Shown here: positions 36,161-49,791 of the stretch, piece by piece
Position numbering within the stretch: position 1 is the first letter of the stretch
How the letters are laid out: each line of letters opens with the position of its first letter
Origin: Balanoglossus misakiensis
Taxonomy: Eukaryota; Animalia; Hemichordata
Direction: 5' to 3'
Assembly (NCBI GenBank): GCA_040954595.2
Contig: CM082586.2
Span: 587,123-651,122, forward strand
DNA: 64,000 nt
The notes under the pieces: generated by a model
Seen by the model: only the letters and a program-made list of their open reading frames with translations
What the model was told of the DNA's origin: nothing
The model's database searches: none
Made by a program: the position numbers and the translations under genes

Positions 36161-39100
36161 AAGTGAAATAAATATGGCCGAGCTTTAGATATGGTTGCCG
36201 GCCGAAGAGTTCTCCGTGATTTCCCACACTTATAGTGCGTCTTACCGATCGTCAAGTCAAGAACCGATCATTTGTGCTTTCTTTAGGAAATCATATTTTT
36301 CCTTATAGCATGGCTGAAGGCGGTGCACCGTTTGAGCCAGCTAAAGATGAAAGCGAAGGTAAGTTCCCTGATCATGCGATTGAGAGAGCAAGAGAGACTG
36401 AATGGACATGGACGGATCAAAGTTTATTTGCCGGTGGACGCATCGTGCAATAGTTTACAAGAGTAGTACCATAATTTCGTAATCTTTGTCGTGCGCGCTA
36501 TTCACTGTCATAACGTGCTGAAGTATGTTGCCCTGGTTTCAACACACTGCTAATGATGTTTCGTAGACAGTGGGCGTCAATACACAGTGTCAGTGAAGTG
36601 TACATGTAATGTACACATCACCAGGGCAGGGCGACCTAAACAGCTGTACCTGTAGCTCCATCATCCGATTCCATTGCGTGTGATCCAGTGTCCCCAACCC
36701 ACTCCTTCAGTTATTTCTACATGCGTTATTATGCATGTTTTTCTATCGTTTGTTGCAAGTTTGTTTTGGGAGTAAAACTGGGTGAATGAAGGAAACCCAT
36801 TGTACATGCTCCTGTAACCTCAGACAGATGATGAGCGAGAGAAAAAAAAACAATACATTGATCTTGGGTTTGGACTTTCTACCCGGGAAGTCGGAAGTCA
36901 GAATCACACTTCATAATGTTACAAATACATTCATTGGGTTTAGAAATGATATATAATTAAATGTGTTCAGGTACTAACAGTGTCAAAGTTGATGTTATTC
37001 TCACATATCCAACCTTAAGTTACACTGTCATTAAAATGAGGTCAGTTCTCACGTGCACAGTATGTGTAACTATAACACAATTAATGAAGTGGTTGTTCCA
37101 AAGTCCAACAGTGGTGACAGTCTAGTGTATTGGTCACTGGTGTTTATGAATCAGAGTTTGACCCAAAATCTAAATGTATTCTGAAATATCCACAACATGC
37201 ATAATATGGAGAATGATGTTTTCTGTAATGTCTTTGTTTTTATGCACAGTTATTTATATGAATCCTCCCAAACAGAAAATTGCCAGAAGTCAATTTCTGG
37301 TTCAGTAGCGATTTGTTGTAAAGTGGTTTATGAACAAGGAAGCCATATGACAGTATTTGTTAACCTTTGACCCCAGCTTAGTGAAGTACAGGAAACTGGC
37401 AACATACATGTACAACTACTGAACAGTTTTGCTGTTCTCCTCAGGAATTGCTGATACAGCAGTGGCTTATTTGCATAACATTGTCATTATTATGATAGTG
37501 GTGGGAAATTGTCCAGGTACTTCAGGAGGCTTATCAATGATGATGGATTGGTTTAATGTTCGTCAGACGATTTGATGGTTTATACTTCAGTTTGGGTAAT
37601 ATCCGTGTATGAATTTCATATTAATTGCAGATACCATCAAAAGGAAGATGAAAGTTCCGAGTCGGAAGAAATTTAATGAAGATGTAGAAGCTGTGGTGGC
37701 AATAATAAAAAGCAAGGAAGAAGAGCTCGTATCCTTGACAACAGTGAATATATATATTACCCAGGGGGGGGGGGATTCTTTAGAAAAACTTTCATATACA
37801 ACAGAAAACGGCAAATGACCAGAAAATTTGACTGTTTTACATTCTGCGCGTACATCCTTAACACTGACCCTCAGAAATTGCTCAAACAACGTCCACAGAT
37901 GGTGTCCATCAGCGCAGATCAAGATGGCGGAGAAGGGGATACGCTCCACGCGCAACTGAAAATCGCTAAGGCTGACAAAGAGGCAGCAATAGAAAAGCGT
38001 AAAGAACTCGACAATCAGTTGAGGGTGATCAATGCAGAGATTGCTAAAAAGGTAAGAAACATCAAAAACTGTACAATTTGTGGATTTATCAAGCTCCCAC
38101 ATTCACCCACCTTTGAAAGTTGAACGTTAATCACTAATTTCTTTTTTATGTATCCACATTTCTGGCTAATAGTCCCTCTGCTGCGGTTCTGCCTTTGTTT
38201 ATTTTAACTGTCACGTTGCAAATGACTCCTACTGTAGAAGTTGATTGCTCCATGCTGTGACATTACACATGGCTATTTCTGGAAGTGAGGAAATATCGGG
38301 TAATACCCTGATCTGTCTAAACATGTTTTTGAGCGTCTCTGTATGTACATTTGGGAGAATCATCTATCTGTTCATCAAATGTACCATATATTACCCAGAA
38401 CTTAATTCAAAAAGTTATGACATAAAAACTAGAAGAAGGAAGTCTACATGTTCAGACAGTCACGTGTATACAAACAATTGCTTTTGAGTGATTACATTTG
38501 AAGGTGTTTCACAGTGGGGGAGATGTCTCCAAGTGGTACGTGTGAGGTTTTTTTTTCCTGATCTTTAATAGTTCCATTCAAAGATCTTTTTACTTTCATT
38601 TGGCATCTTTCCCAATATTGGATGGGTGGAGACTCCTGGTGTTCAAACACTGGTTTAACCTTTTTTGTTCCTAGCCACCGATCCCAAAACTGTATCTCAC
38701 CATTCAACGGTACATATGTCTGTGGGAACTGTTTTCTATTACTTTATTACCGTTTCTAGTTTGTTAAGAATTGGTAACCCTTCTCAGTTAGACCATATAA
38801 GATTTGGATAAGGGGTCATGGTTTTCATTTATAGTGTAAACACAGCATTTACTGCCAGACCAAACACTGTTTAATTGATTGCTACTGTTTGTATTGCATG
38901 ATTTAGTTGATGGTTCCTATACAACGCAACGTATTATAGTGTTAACATGTCTTGGCCTGTACATCTGGCTATCAATAATGATTGTAATCTTTGCGGTGGT
39001 CTAAATCATCCACGACCACACCCGTGTGATATCAAATAGTTGTAGACAGTTTCCAACAGGTGGCCATTCAGAATGGTGACCAAATAAACAGTGCAGGTAC

Positions 39101-42100
39101 TGAGATGCTTTGTGGTGCATGGAGATTGGCTTATAAATGCCTCCAGTCACCATACTGTCACCAACTGAAAAGTCCGTAACGAGCACTGCTATTGTTCAGT
39201 GGATTTTAACTCTGTCCGGCCCACGTGCCGGGCGTGTGCTCTGTCATTCATAACGGAGGTTGTTATTCAGTCACTAAGCTCAATTGCCTTAGAGGGCTCA
39301 TTGACCTTTGACCTGAATGACTCATTTCTGGTGCCTGGTTGAATTAGGATGTTATTAAAATACAATACAGGAAAATGTGTTGACATCATCATTGGTTGCT
39401 CCTGGCAACTACAACAGTTACTGCAGGTGGACATTCTTTTAGGGCTGATGATGTCACGGTTATTTTAATCCATGATTTGCGCCAGCTGAGGGTTGCCCTG
39501 AAAAGCTTTGGAAAAGTAGGGTATATGGTTTGAGGAATGCAATTCAACATGTGCCTGTAGGCAGAAAGTCTTTCCACAAACACATCTACTGTATGAGTTA
39601 AAAGTTTCCATGCTTGATTATACTAGTACTCAACATACATGTTGAATGTTGAATCAATTCTTTCTTCTTTATTTTGCCTTGAATAGGTGGATGTTGTGAG
39701 AAAGCTGCAGGCTGGATTAAAATTTAAGACTGAGGCTCGGATAGATGAAGCCATCAGGAAATTTGAACAGCAACTCAGAACGCATAATTTCAAAATGTCA
39801 GAAGAAAAGCGAATAGTCTCTGAAATTGACACTTTAAGAAGATCAAAGAAGTCCTTAGGGTAAGTTCTTCAATTTCAGACGCAGAAATGCCATAACTGCT
39901 ACTGTATTCACAGAAGCCTGTATTAATCTGCCAGTGTTCCAGTGGAGATCATGTCATTGACAATGAATTTGTTTTTAATTAACAGAGAATACTTGGATAA
40001 GCAAAAAGAAATAGACACAGAACGGGTCAAACAGAAGGAAATCAAAGACAACAGAGATGTGAGTAAAATTGATCTTATTTTTTGTCCAATAGTCATCAAA
40101 TGATCAAAAGTCACTATGCCATCTGCTCCGCAACTGTCTGCTTTGTAGAAACAAAGTTACTGACATTTGAGGTCCCTCATTTCTATCTACTTGGCAGCAT
40201 TACTTCAAAACTGTAACCAGATTGAAATCCCAAGAGGATGCAGTTAGACAACAGATCACAAAACTGAGAACAAAAGAAGACCAGGCCTGGACAAGATACA
40301 AAGAGTCAGGGCATCTGAGAGAAAACCTCAAGAAAGGTAAGAATATGGTTTTAGCAAGCCTTAAATATGAGTGAGGTGTCAACATTATGACTATGTCTTA
40401 ATGCCATGGAAATGATTATATTTTTTTGTGTGCATCTCATTATAGAAATTGATGATCTCTATGAGAAGAGACGTAAGCTGTATGCTGATTTTAAACGACA
40501 ACAGACAGAATTTACTGAAATACAGAAACAAGAAAAGCAGGAAATGGCCAGGAAACGGGAAGAAGAGAAGAGACTAGCCATAGAAGCTCAAATGAGAGAA
40601 TTGTAAGAATAATTTGTCATAGTATGTAGTCAAATTTGTCTAAAGCGGTCAGTTAAGGGATTTGCTGAAATAGGCATTTTTAGACAGGATGTTAGCTTTG
40701 TGAAATAAATCACTTTTTTTCTTTTTAATGAACAGAGAGGAGTATGAAGCATCAAGGGAACCTTATGAAGATGAGAAACTATTAATTGTGAAATTAAACG
40801 CATATTTACATCGTCATCTTAATGTTGATGAGACAGCCAGCCAATCAGCTGGAGACAACGTCAGTGAAGAGGGTAAGAGAACATGTTTAAAATATTGTAA
40901 TATGTCACTTGTTTTTGGAAATCCATAGCAAATGTGTTCATTCACAGTTTGAATCAACAAAATACAGTTGACGTAGGAAAATAAGATTTTATTCTCATTC
41001 TTATTTCAGTGGGACTAAGTCAGTCACGGGAAGTTCAAGACTTAAAGGGTGAATTCCGCATCCTCAGGAAGAAATCGGCAGATGATTTTGACAGTATGTT
41101 TGGTGGAGTGGCTGCAGGCAAGAGAAAGAAGAGCAGCAAGAAACAAAGGAGACAAACCTGGACGGTAGGTGTCACTCATCTGTTGTTATTTGAGTCTTGC
41201 CAACCAGTATTGCATTCACCCTTTCACCACCATGGTTTGGTCCAAATTCATGGTTTTCTATGGTTAAGTTGGACCTCTGTAGTTGGAACTGGGAGTGGAA
41301 GGCTTAATAGCAAATCAGTTACCGTGATTTTTTTTTTATTTCACAGAGCAAGCCACTGAAACACTCTCCACAGATCTTTGAACAGTTTGAACAGCTGGGC
41401 ATCTCAGCTCCTACCACTGTTGGTGATATTGTCACCACTATTCAACACCTTGCTGATCTGAAAGTAAGTACAATTGCCTTGTAAGAGCAGGTTTGGAATA
41501 CACCCCTGAACATTAATTTTCCAATCAATTACTGTAAAAGTGCTGCCTCTGACCACCTCTATTAAAGTCTATCTCACCTTATCACTGTCTCACACTCACT
41601 TCTGTCCTTTTGCAGGAGTACTACGAGAAATGTCCTCCAAAGCCACAACGACCGTTATCAAGAGTGGATGAGGAAAGACTGCAAAGGCAAAGCAGTGCTG
41701 TGCAGTCGACAGACAACATTGAATATGGACAGTTTGACGATGCTTTCGAACCTGAGTCGAATACAGACAATGTAGAAACCAACTCAGGAAGCACAGCTCA
41801 GGAATCTGGGGCCACTGAGCTGCAAGTGGCTGAAAGTCAGTCTGATGTTGGTCAGACGCACCCCGATGAAAGCTCAGAGAATCTTGATGCGGATGAGGAT
41901 TGCACCAATGACACCACTGACACCGCTGCAGGAGATGTCTGTGATACATGTGACAACAAAAGCATGAATCATATCACCCAAGACATTGAACATCTGGGAA
42001 TAAACGACACAACGGAAAATGAAACAGAGCAATATGATCAGAATGAAGATGAAAACAACCGCAATGAAGAACCAAAGACAAGCCAAAAAGAAGAAGAAAC

Positions 42101-42305
42101 AGTCGACATGACAACCCAGAATAATTTACAAGATGAAGGATGGGAAGAAGTCTACACAGAGAAGGAAGAATCAACGAGACAACATATTATTGGCAGTAAT
42201 GACATTATCCACAAAAATCCATTTGGTGTCAATGAAAAATGCCCTGGTTTGCATGATCTACAAGCCAACCGTAACCCTGAATTGGTTCTGAAAGAATCTA
42301 TCTGA
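36124..42305 (+). CDS. Bfr1 / proton-pump-interactor-like coiled-coil protein, ~654-666 aa, 11-12 coding exons
   Basis: Exons 36124-36158 (optional in-frame start), 36309-36358 (ATG at 36310), 37631-37728, 37875-38051, 39687-39859, 39986-40058, 40198-40336, 40446-40602, 40736-40872, 41010-41164, 41347-41463, 41616-42305; phases are consistent. Motifs TEARIDEAIRKFEQQLRTHNFKMSEEKRIVSEIDTLRRSK and LKHSPQIFEQFEQLGISAPTTVGDI. Acidic disordered tail. Confidence 0.8.
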
Positions 42306-45239
42306 CCCTTGACCTCCAAACATATGACTTGTCTCCCCTTTCTGTTGAATAGAGGTCCAACTGCACCATTACAAAGAATAGGGACAGACTACAATCTAAG
42401 GGTGATAGGGGTTAGATGTGTTTGGGTGTATCTATAACTGGGATGATGGGTTGAGTATCGTTACAAGAACTGAGATTACAGTGTCAGTTTTAGTTGCTCT
42501 GTGTTTTGCTGTGATGTAGTACAAATGAAAGCCAGGCATAAGCCTTCTGTAAAATCAATCTTGAGAAATCATGACAGACAGAAAGAATGATGTAAACAAT
42601 TTTGCTTTGAGATTGGCCTGCTCTTGCTTCTGTTTAATTTTAATCAGTCAAGTCAGTGACTTGTGTTTGAATCTGGGTTATAATAACTGCTTTTTTGTTG
42701 CCTTTATCCAAAAATTGTATCCTGGTGTTTTTGCTATGTTTCAGAGAAAACTTTGTAGTATGCCAATATCCAATGACCTACAGTATTTTTATATCAGACT
42801 CATTTGTTTAAGATCATTTGGTGTGCAAGTTGAATTTTGATGTCATGTTTGACCTTTGACCCAGAAGAAATTGAACTCCAAGTCACATGTACATGTCCCT
42901 GGGCTCTGATAGAGGGCGCTAAAGGTCAAAATGTACAATGTGTGCGAGTGATTCTTCTAATGGTCGGGTCTTGTGTTGTAAGCTTTTGCACACTGCAAAG
43001 TGAATATGATTTATAGTTATTTTAGTAAAGATTGTCATTATGAATTATGTCTGTGGCCATGCATGCACTCCGACATGTTGTCCAATTTTTCAAGTGAGAA
43101 GCTAGCTGATTGGCCAGTGAGCATTTGTGGGTTTCACCAACCAATCAGGGTACTTTCCTTTGTTTTTTTCAAATGTTTGACTTCATGCGCATATTCAGAA
43201 AACAACTCAACAAACAAACAAGATGGAAACTATTTTTTGAGTATGGCATATATTTGTATGTTCCCAGGTACTGGTCAGAAATCAACCAAGAGAGTGACCC
43301 AAACAAATAACCATATTTTTAAATGCAATACCTTGTCTGTGTGGTCAGGCTATAAAACTTTGTAAATAGCAAACCATTGTGTCAAATTCCAAGAAAATGT
43401 GTCAATTTATTTCATTATAAGAAGCTGGATCTTCTTCAAATTTTCAATTATGATTTGAGTTTTAGAAACAAGCAGAAATGACTGTTTGTAATTTTTAATC
43501 AGTATGGATATTTTTGTCATTCTAATGTACTTTTCTGGTTCTTTTTTAAACAACTAACCAACTTGGTGTGGTATAGAAAACTTCAGTGAATCTTTTAAAA
43601 TGGGGACAAAATCTGAATTCTTGTAGAGCATTTCAGACCAGCCAGTGAATCTGATTCCAGTATAGTGTCAAAGGTTTTGGTGTGTTTGTGTTTTTTTAAA
43701 AAACAGCATGAGAAATATATTAAACAGTTTGTCTCAGTTGGAGAGATACTACATGTCAACTTTTCTTTGAAAATTACTTTAAATGTCAGACCATTCCCCT
43801 CCCCCGAAAAAATAGTAAAACAATGACCTCTCTTCAGTTTTGGCCAGAGATCAAGGGTTAAGTAGCAAAGGGGTTTTTCTTTCATTTTTGTCTTGTGTTA
43901 GTCTTATTATGCTGGTAATTTTATTACAAATTTTAATTTTACTAATTGTATAATATCACAATTAATTTTACTTATTTAATAATTCTTCAGCTCTAGGGGC
44001 TCGAACGATTCAATGGTTTCAAAGATATGCGTGTAAGAATCTTTGTTATCCGTGAAATTAATGTGAGAAACCCAAATATTGGAGTGAGGTTCACAAACAC
44101 AAATATTCTTATGTGACCGTGACGTACAGATTAATTTTGTATCGTCTTAAACTGAATTGGATTATTGTTTTGAGAAATAAACTATGACTTTTAAAGCGTA
44201 AAGTGTACCAACTGACTCGTATTATTTTCAGTCATAGTATAAATCAGAGGTGGTGCGTAAAAAAGAAAGGCCAATTCATCGTTAGGAAGCTGTCGATGAG
44301 GGCGCCTTTGTTTAACGGGCCTGAAAATATGACGTCATTCCATTCACTGATTCGTGCACCTGGTCGTGTCAATGGCAGCAGGTAGGACGACCTGTCGGAC
44401 ACGCAGCCGGATAACTTGTGGTACGAAGAAGAGCTTGGCAAATAAGTTCAACGTTCCCCGACGTATACGTACTGCCTGGAATTAGTTTGCCGAAGAAATT
44501 GAAAATTTTCGCCACGACCATTCGGACATGGGACTGCAAAACTAGCGAGCGACGACCGTTTTGCTCTACACTGACAACGACGAGGATTTTAATGAAGATG
44601 CTTTCGGGTCGCGGGAGTGGGAAAACCGAGGATTCGTCGACATTGCCGTACAAGCAGAAATGCTGGAGTTGAATGTGACCTTCCTCTCGGATTGTCGACT
44701 TGTGTAAAAGAAACACCGCGTGCAGACAAGTGGATTTGTTTTGAAACCAACACGGCAACATACAAGAGACATGGACAGATAAAGCTGCAGGTTTGTAAAT
44801 TTTATTCATTTATTAGCTAAGATAGCGTTTGTACGTCACATTTTTGTAAGGCGTGTGAGACAACTCATCCCCTGTCCTGGTGTTTGTGGGCAATTCTTTA
44901 TTCCACATGGCCACAAAATGCGTTAAAATTCGCCCTAGAAATGTTAATTTATTTACTGCATTTCTGTCGTCTGTCACTTTTCTGGTTCCTGTCCCATATA
45001 CCACACATCGCGCCATTGGACATCAGTGCGCGCGTGTTAATCAAAGAACGTTTATTATCCAATGGCAGCGTTCGAGTCATAAACTCGTTCGCTGCGAGGC
45101 AGTGCCAGCCGCAGTAACATACATGACCAATTAATTGTTGTCACTATCACCCGTGTTTATTTTACGAAATGTAGTAGGCCTGTAAGGCAGGTGTATATAC
45201 CTTGTCATGTAAATATTGACATCAATGTGAGCGCTGTTT

Positions 45240-48200
45240 TCAAAAACAAACAGACACTCTTCTCGATCTCGCCGGAACCACAGCTCTTTTCGGCTGTGGT
45301 GAAATGTCACGTGTAATCGATTCCGTGGCTGGTTGGCCGACACCGATCATTTTTGAGATGTTGGCATTATCGTTGTTGATGCATTGTACAACTACAGTCT
45401 GTTTTTGTTTCTTCTTTCGTTGGCGCTTGCGTTTCACCAAGAAGTCCACTTTAGGCATAATAAATGAAACGATAGACGCTAAAATCAAGGCAACTCCTGC
45501 CACCCAAAACGCAGCGTCGTACACTCCATATACATCACGTAGCCAACCTGGAATAGTAACACAAAATGAGATCAAATGGAATAAGTCGGGGAGGGGGGGG
45601 GGGTCCATCATTGTAATATTAACGACACCAACTGTACTGTGTGAGCTAAATGTTTCCAACCAGGTGTTCGAAAATTCTCATTGGTTGTATGCTGTCCACG
45701 TGACAGCCAGGTGGACTGGGTTCAAGTCATTAGGTCTACGTCCTAAAATATTCATGATGTCTCCGTCCACCAACCCACCCACCCACCCATGTTCGTTCGC
45801 TCGTTCGTTTGTTCCTGCCTTCACGTGCCCATAATCTATTCTCAATAACTCCGATTCAACATCTGACCATAGACCTTCGAGGGTCAGTGATAAAATACAT
45901 CTGATTTTGCTGCTTAAATTGATATCGATAAAAATGTTTAAAAAAAAATGCTTGCTTAAAATGAACGGAAGGCATTCGCATAATTTTAAAGGCCAAGTCG
46001 TATACCTACCTGCTAATGGTGCACTTATTAATCCCATAAGTCCCTGTGCCTGTACCATCAGTGATGTTCCAGGGCCAATATTTTGACGGCCGAGGAACTC
46101 TGCCGCAAGCAATGACATGAACACGACATACCCACCGATGCAGATGCCAAAACCAGCGGTGTAAATGAGTTGACCTGAGAAATAAAAATCAGACAGAGAA
46201 ATTAATAAATGTTGATAATGAACCATGTTGCCCATGTCACGCAACTGAGTGCTGGTCACAAGATTTGTAGTAGTGAAATACAGTAAGTTGTCTTTGAGTA
46301 TCGCTTTTGAAACCTCGGTCAAATTGAACACAGATTTCGGATTTGTCTCAGTCTTCAAATGATCACTTAGTGGCGCACTTTTATTGTGGCCACCCCGCAA
46401 AATTATGTGATCGACTGGATCTCAACTTTCCATACTAACTCGGGATAAATTTGCATATTTAACGTCTATATTTATGCAGAAAAGATCCCAATTTGCTTTG
46501 AAAAAACACTAGATCAATGTCATATATTTACCAACAAAACTCTTGAAATAAGTACTGATGATAGTCAAAATGCCACACACCCCTATGGCAATCCCATAAG
46601 GCAAGTGTGCTGGCAAGTGTGGTATTTGACCGATGACCCCAAACAGTGATCTGCCAACCACTTGGGCCAGTCCCATAGTGGCCGGGATGAGAGCACTTTG
46701 TGTATTATCTAGTCCAAAGTCACGTGCTCGTTTTACCTACAGGAAGAAACATAAAACTTTGTTGTGTATTGGATAGCTACCTCATTTGCAAAATTTTAAA
46801 CGAGTATAATTAAATCACCCTTAATTTTATGAATAATATCAGGCAACATAAACATAATCTGGATCGAATTGACGTACTTTTTAAACCATGACAAATACGC
46901 ACTATAGACTGGTACGATTTGAAATGAAAGAGAAATGAGTAAAGACAATATCATTTGGCTTTGGGTTTTGATATCTTGTTCAGTTGAAATGTTTCCTGTT
47001 AATCGTCCGATTTCGGTGTTTGTTGAACTCACCAAGTGAACTAGCACGATGTAATGACCAAATCCGTCTCCCAGAGAAGTTGCTATTAACAACAGACACA
47101 GTGGATCTTTCAGCAGAGAGAGGCCAAATGCTGACATGATAAAATCTCTCACACCACCCGAATTGGTTTCTTGATTATTTTGTTCAATATTGTCCTCGAT
47201 AATGATAGTAAAAGGCAGAATGTTAATGTCTTCAGGACATTGGGTGCCAACGTCTGCAGTAAGTCTGCTACACGACCCAGCAGTACTCAGTTCGTCAATT
47301 GGATCAGGTGGTTCATCGACAGGATCCTCCAGTGGTCTTAAGAGGGCGCCTGCTACACAAACATTTGAGGTCAGCGCAGCTAATATCACCAGAGTCCCTC
47401 TCCAGCCGTATGTGTCGATGAGCAGTTGGGTAACCATTGATAGTACAAGCTGACCCACGCCAGATCCCGTCATGGCTAATCCAACGGCAATAGCTAATCT
47501 CTTTTTGAAATACACGCTGATCATTTCAATGCAAGGGATATACGCTGCACCAAGACTGCATCCTGCAAGGAAACAGATTAGGGACTGTCCAGAATTTACT
47601 TCCAGGGTGGGGCTGGAGGATTTCTTATTTTCCTGGTGATTTTTTTCCATGGCCCCCCCTTGTAAATTGTGGAGGAAATCTGTGGCCCCCCCGTAAATTT
47701 CCTGTTTTTTTTCCATGACCCCCCCCCCCCCAATATATACATGCATGCTTACCGATACAGACTACGACACATACAGTCTGATAAGGCTGCATTTACAAAC
47801 ACCTCTGGAAGGGGGGGGGGGGAGAATTAAATTTTTTTTAACGTTAATTGTCACATGCCCCCCGTACACAACCCGAAATATTTTCAAATCCCCCCTTCCG
47901 AACAGCTTAAAATTTTGAAATCCCACCCCCCATTTTCTTTCACACAGCAAAACACATCACCTATCTATCTTGTAAAAAAAAAGAAAAACAGCGCTCCCAT
48001 GAAAAGAATTTGAAACTGATGTTTTTCCTCATCAGTGGATATTAAAACTGAACATTGTTTATATTTGTTAAGTATTTGTATTCTGTGTTGGCAGATATTG
48101 TAAACCGAGAAGTGAAGGGGGTGGGTTTGGGAGGGGGTGTCCCCCTCCCCTGTAAGAAAATTTTATAAAATACAGAGCTCAAAGCTGCATTTTAATGAAC

Positions 48201-49791
48201 CCAAAAGCAAATTAACTTTTTATATACATATATGAATGATTGATGAGAAAATTAATGAATTCTAGTCTGGACTTGAATTGAGCTCGTCAACAGTAACAAC
48301 ACTGACTGTTCACTGTACATTTATGGTCTGTGCTGGCAGGCCAAATACTGGGCATTTTATTATGCTTCACAGAGTAGAACAAGAAACTGTAGTAGATATA
48401 CAAAATAACCCACCAAAAAAATTACCGGAAATTCAAGCTTATGAAGATTTAATTCACTTGTGGAGTTCATCTGTCATCCAGGTAGCCATGGTGGTTTGTT
48501 TCTTATAAATCAGTACTTCTGGGCAAATATTGAGTTTGTGAGAGTTTTTTTACATGGCCCCCCCCCTAAAGGATTGTGATTTTTATGTCTGACCCCCCCT
48601 AATTTTTCTTGGGGAAAATGGGTGGCCCCCCCTGAAAATCCTCCAGCCCCCCCCTGGAAGTAAATTCTGGACAGTCCCTTAGAAGTAATGTCAGATGTAT
48701 TCCAGAAGTGGAATTTGACACCCTTCCCTCCTGGACAGGATTACATGACCCTTGTTCCTCCGACCAATCCCCCCTCGAAATAACTGAATGCTCCCTAAGT
48801 CGATTTAAAAGTAAAAACCAGTACCTGCCACAAAGCTAAACGTGATGTACAGATGGTACAACTCTGTCGCAAAAGAACTTGCAAGGATTCCACAGCTTCC
48901 GACGAACCCAGCTAACATCACAGTCATTCGATGTCCAAGTTTCCTCGCCAGAGCAGACCCAAGCATCGTTGACAGGCAAAACATCAGGCTAAAAATCGAC
49001 CCAGTCCATGCTGAATAAAAATGGAGTGATTATAATTGAGATTATAATTATTTAAATAGGCAGCAGAGGTACCCCCACAGCGATATACTCTTGCCGTTTT
49101 AACATCGCTTGACCTGCAAATTGCAAATATCTTCTTGCAACCTAATTCCGCTCAAGTGTGTCCAATAAATACAGAAACTACAAAGGCCACGATTTCAAGC
49201 TCAAAAGAAACCAGCATTGCGACGTTCTCCAGTAGCCGATCAAAACGGAGTTCAAATGTGTATCAGTAACGGATAATCCTGTTTTAAAAGCTGTACCGAA
49301 ACAGACCACAATAGAAATGTAATGCGATAGGTAGAAGGTTAAAACAACGTTCTCCTCTCAGTTTACACTGTTGTTTTCTTAAAAGCTTGTTTAAATGTCT
49401 TCCTCATACTAAGCGAAATCTAACAAAACTTAGATTTACGAAGTATACAGACTTTGCATCTGTATATACCGTCACTGCGTCAATATAAGCATGGGGAAAC
49501 ATTCTAAGGAAAATGAAAGAGAGTGAGTCGAAAAGTGTTCAACGTTACCCAGCGTCCTCGGAACTTTGCATTAATAAGGACACATTAGTTTATCGTGAAC
49601 CAAATAGACGTCGTATACCATAAATACTAACCTGTTGCAGCCTTGGATTCACCAAATGCATCGAGAAACGCCACATACAAAACTCCAATGGCGTACAAGC
49701 CACCCGTTCCTAACACAGAATACAGGAATGTGGCAAAGACGATCAACCATCCCCAGCCACCATCCGGGACCTCTGGAGTCGAAGGTTCCAT
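45240..49791 (-). CDS. SLC16 / monocarboxylate transporter family protein, copy 1, 517 aa, 6 coding exons
   Basis: Exons 49791-49632, 49010-48825, 47562-47033, 46736-46532, 46174-46010, 45547-45240. SLC16 motifs [10 protein letters not shown] and [20 protein letters not shown]...YGWRG. Confidence 0.93.
47581..48678. mobile_element. Non-autonomous TIR DNA transposon (PIF/Harbinger-type MITE), ~1.1 kb
   Basis: TIR gggactgtccagaatttacttccaggg..ggctggagga at 47581, with its reverse complement ending acagtccc at 48678. TTA direct repeat at 47578-47580 and 48679-48681. No transposase ORF. Confidence 0.88.

Noticed and set aside
37538-37600. C-box-like ATGATGA in an intron (possible C/D snoRNA)
   Set aside because: No suitably placed CTGA D box or terminal stem.
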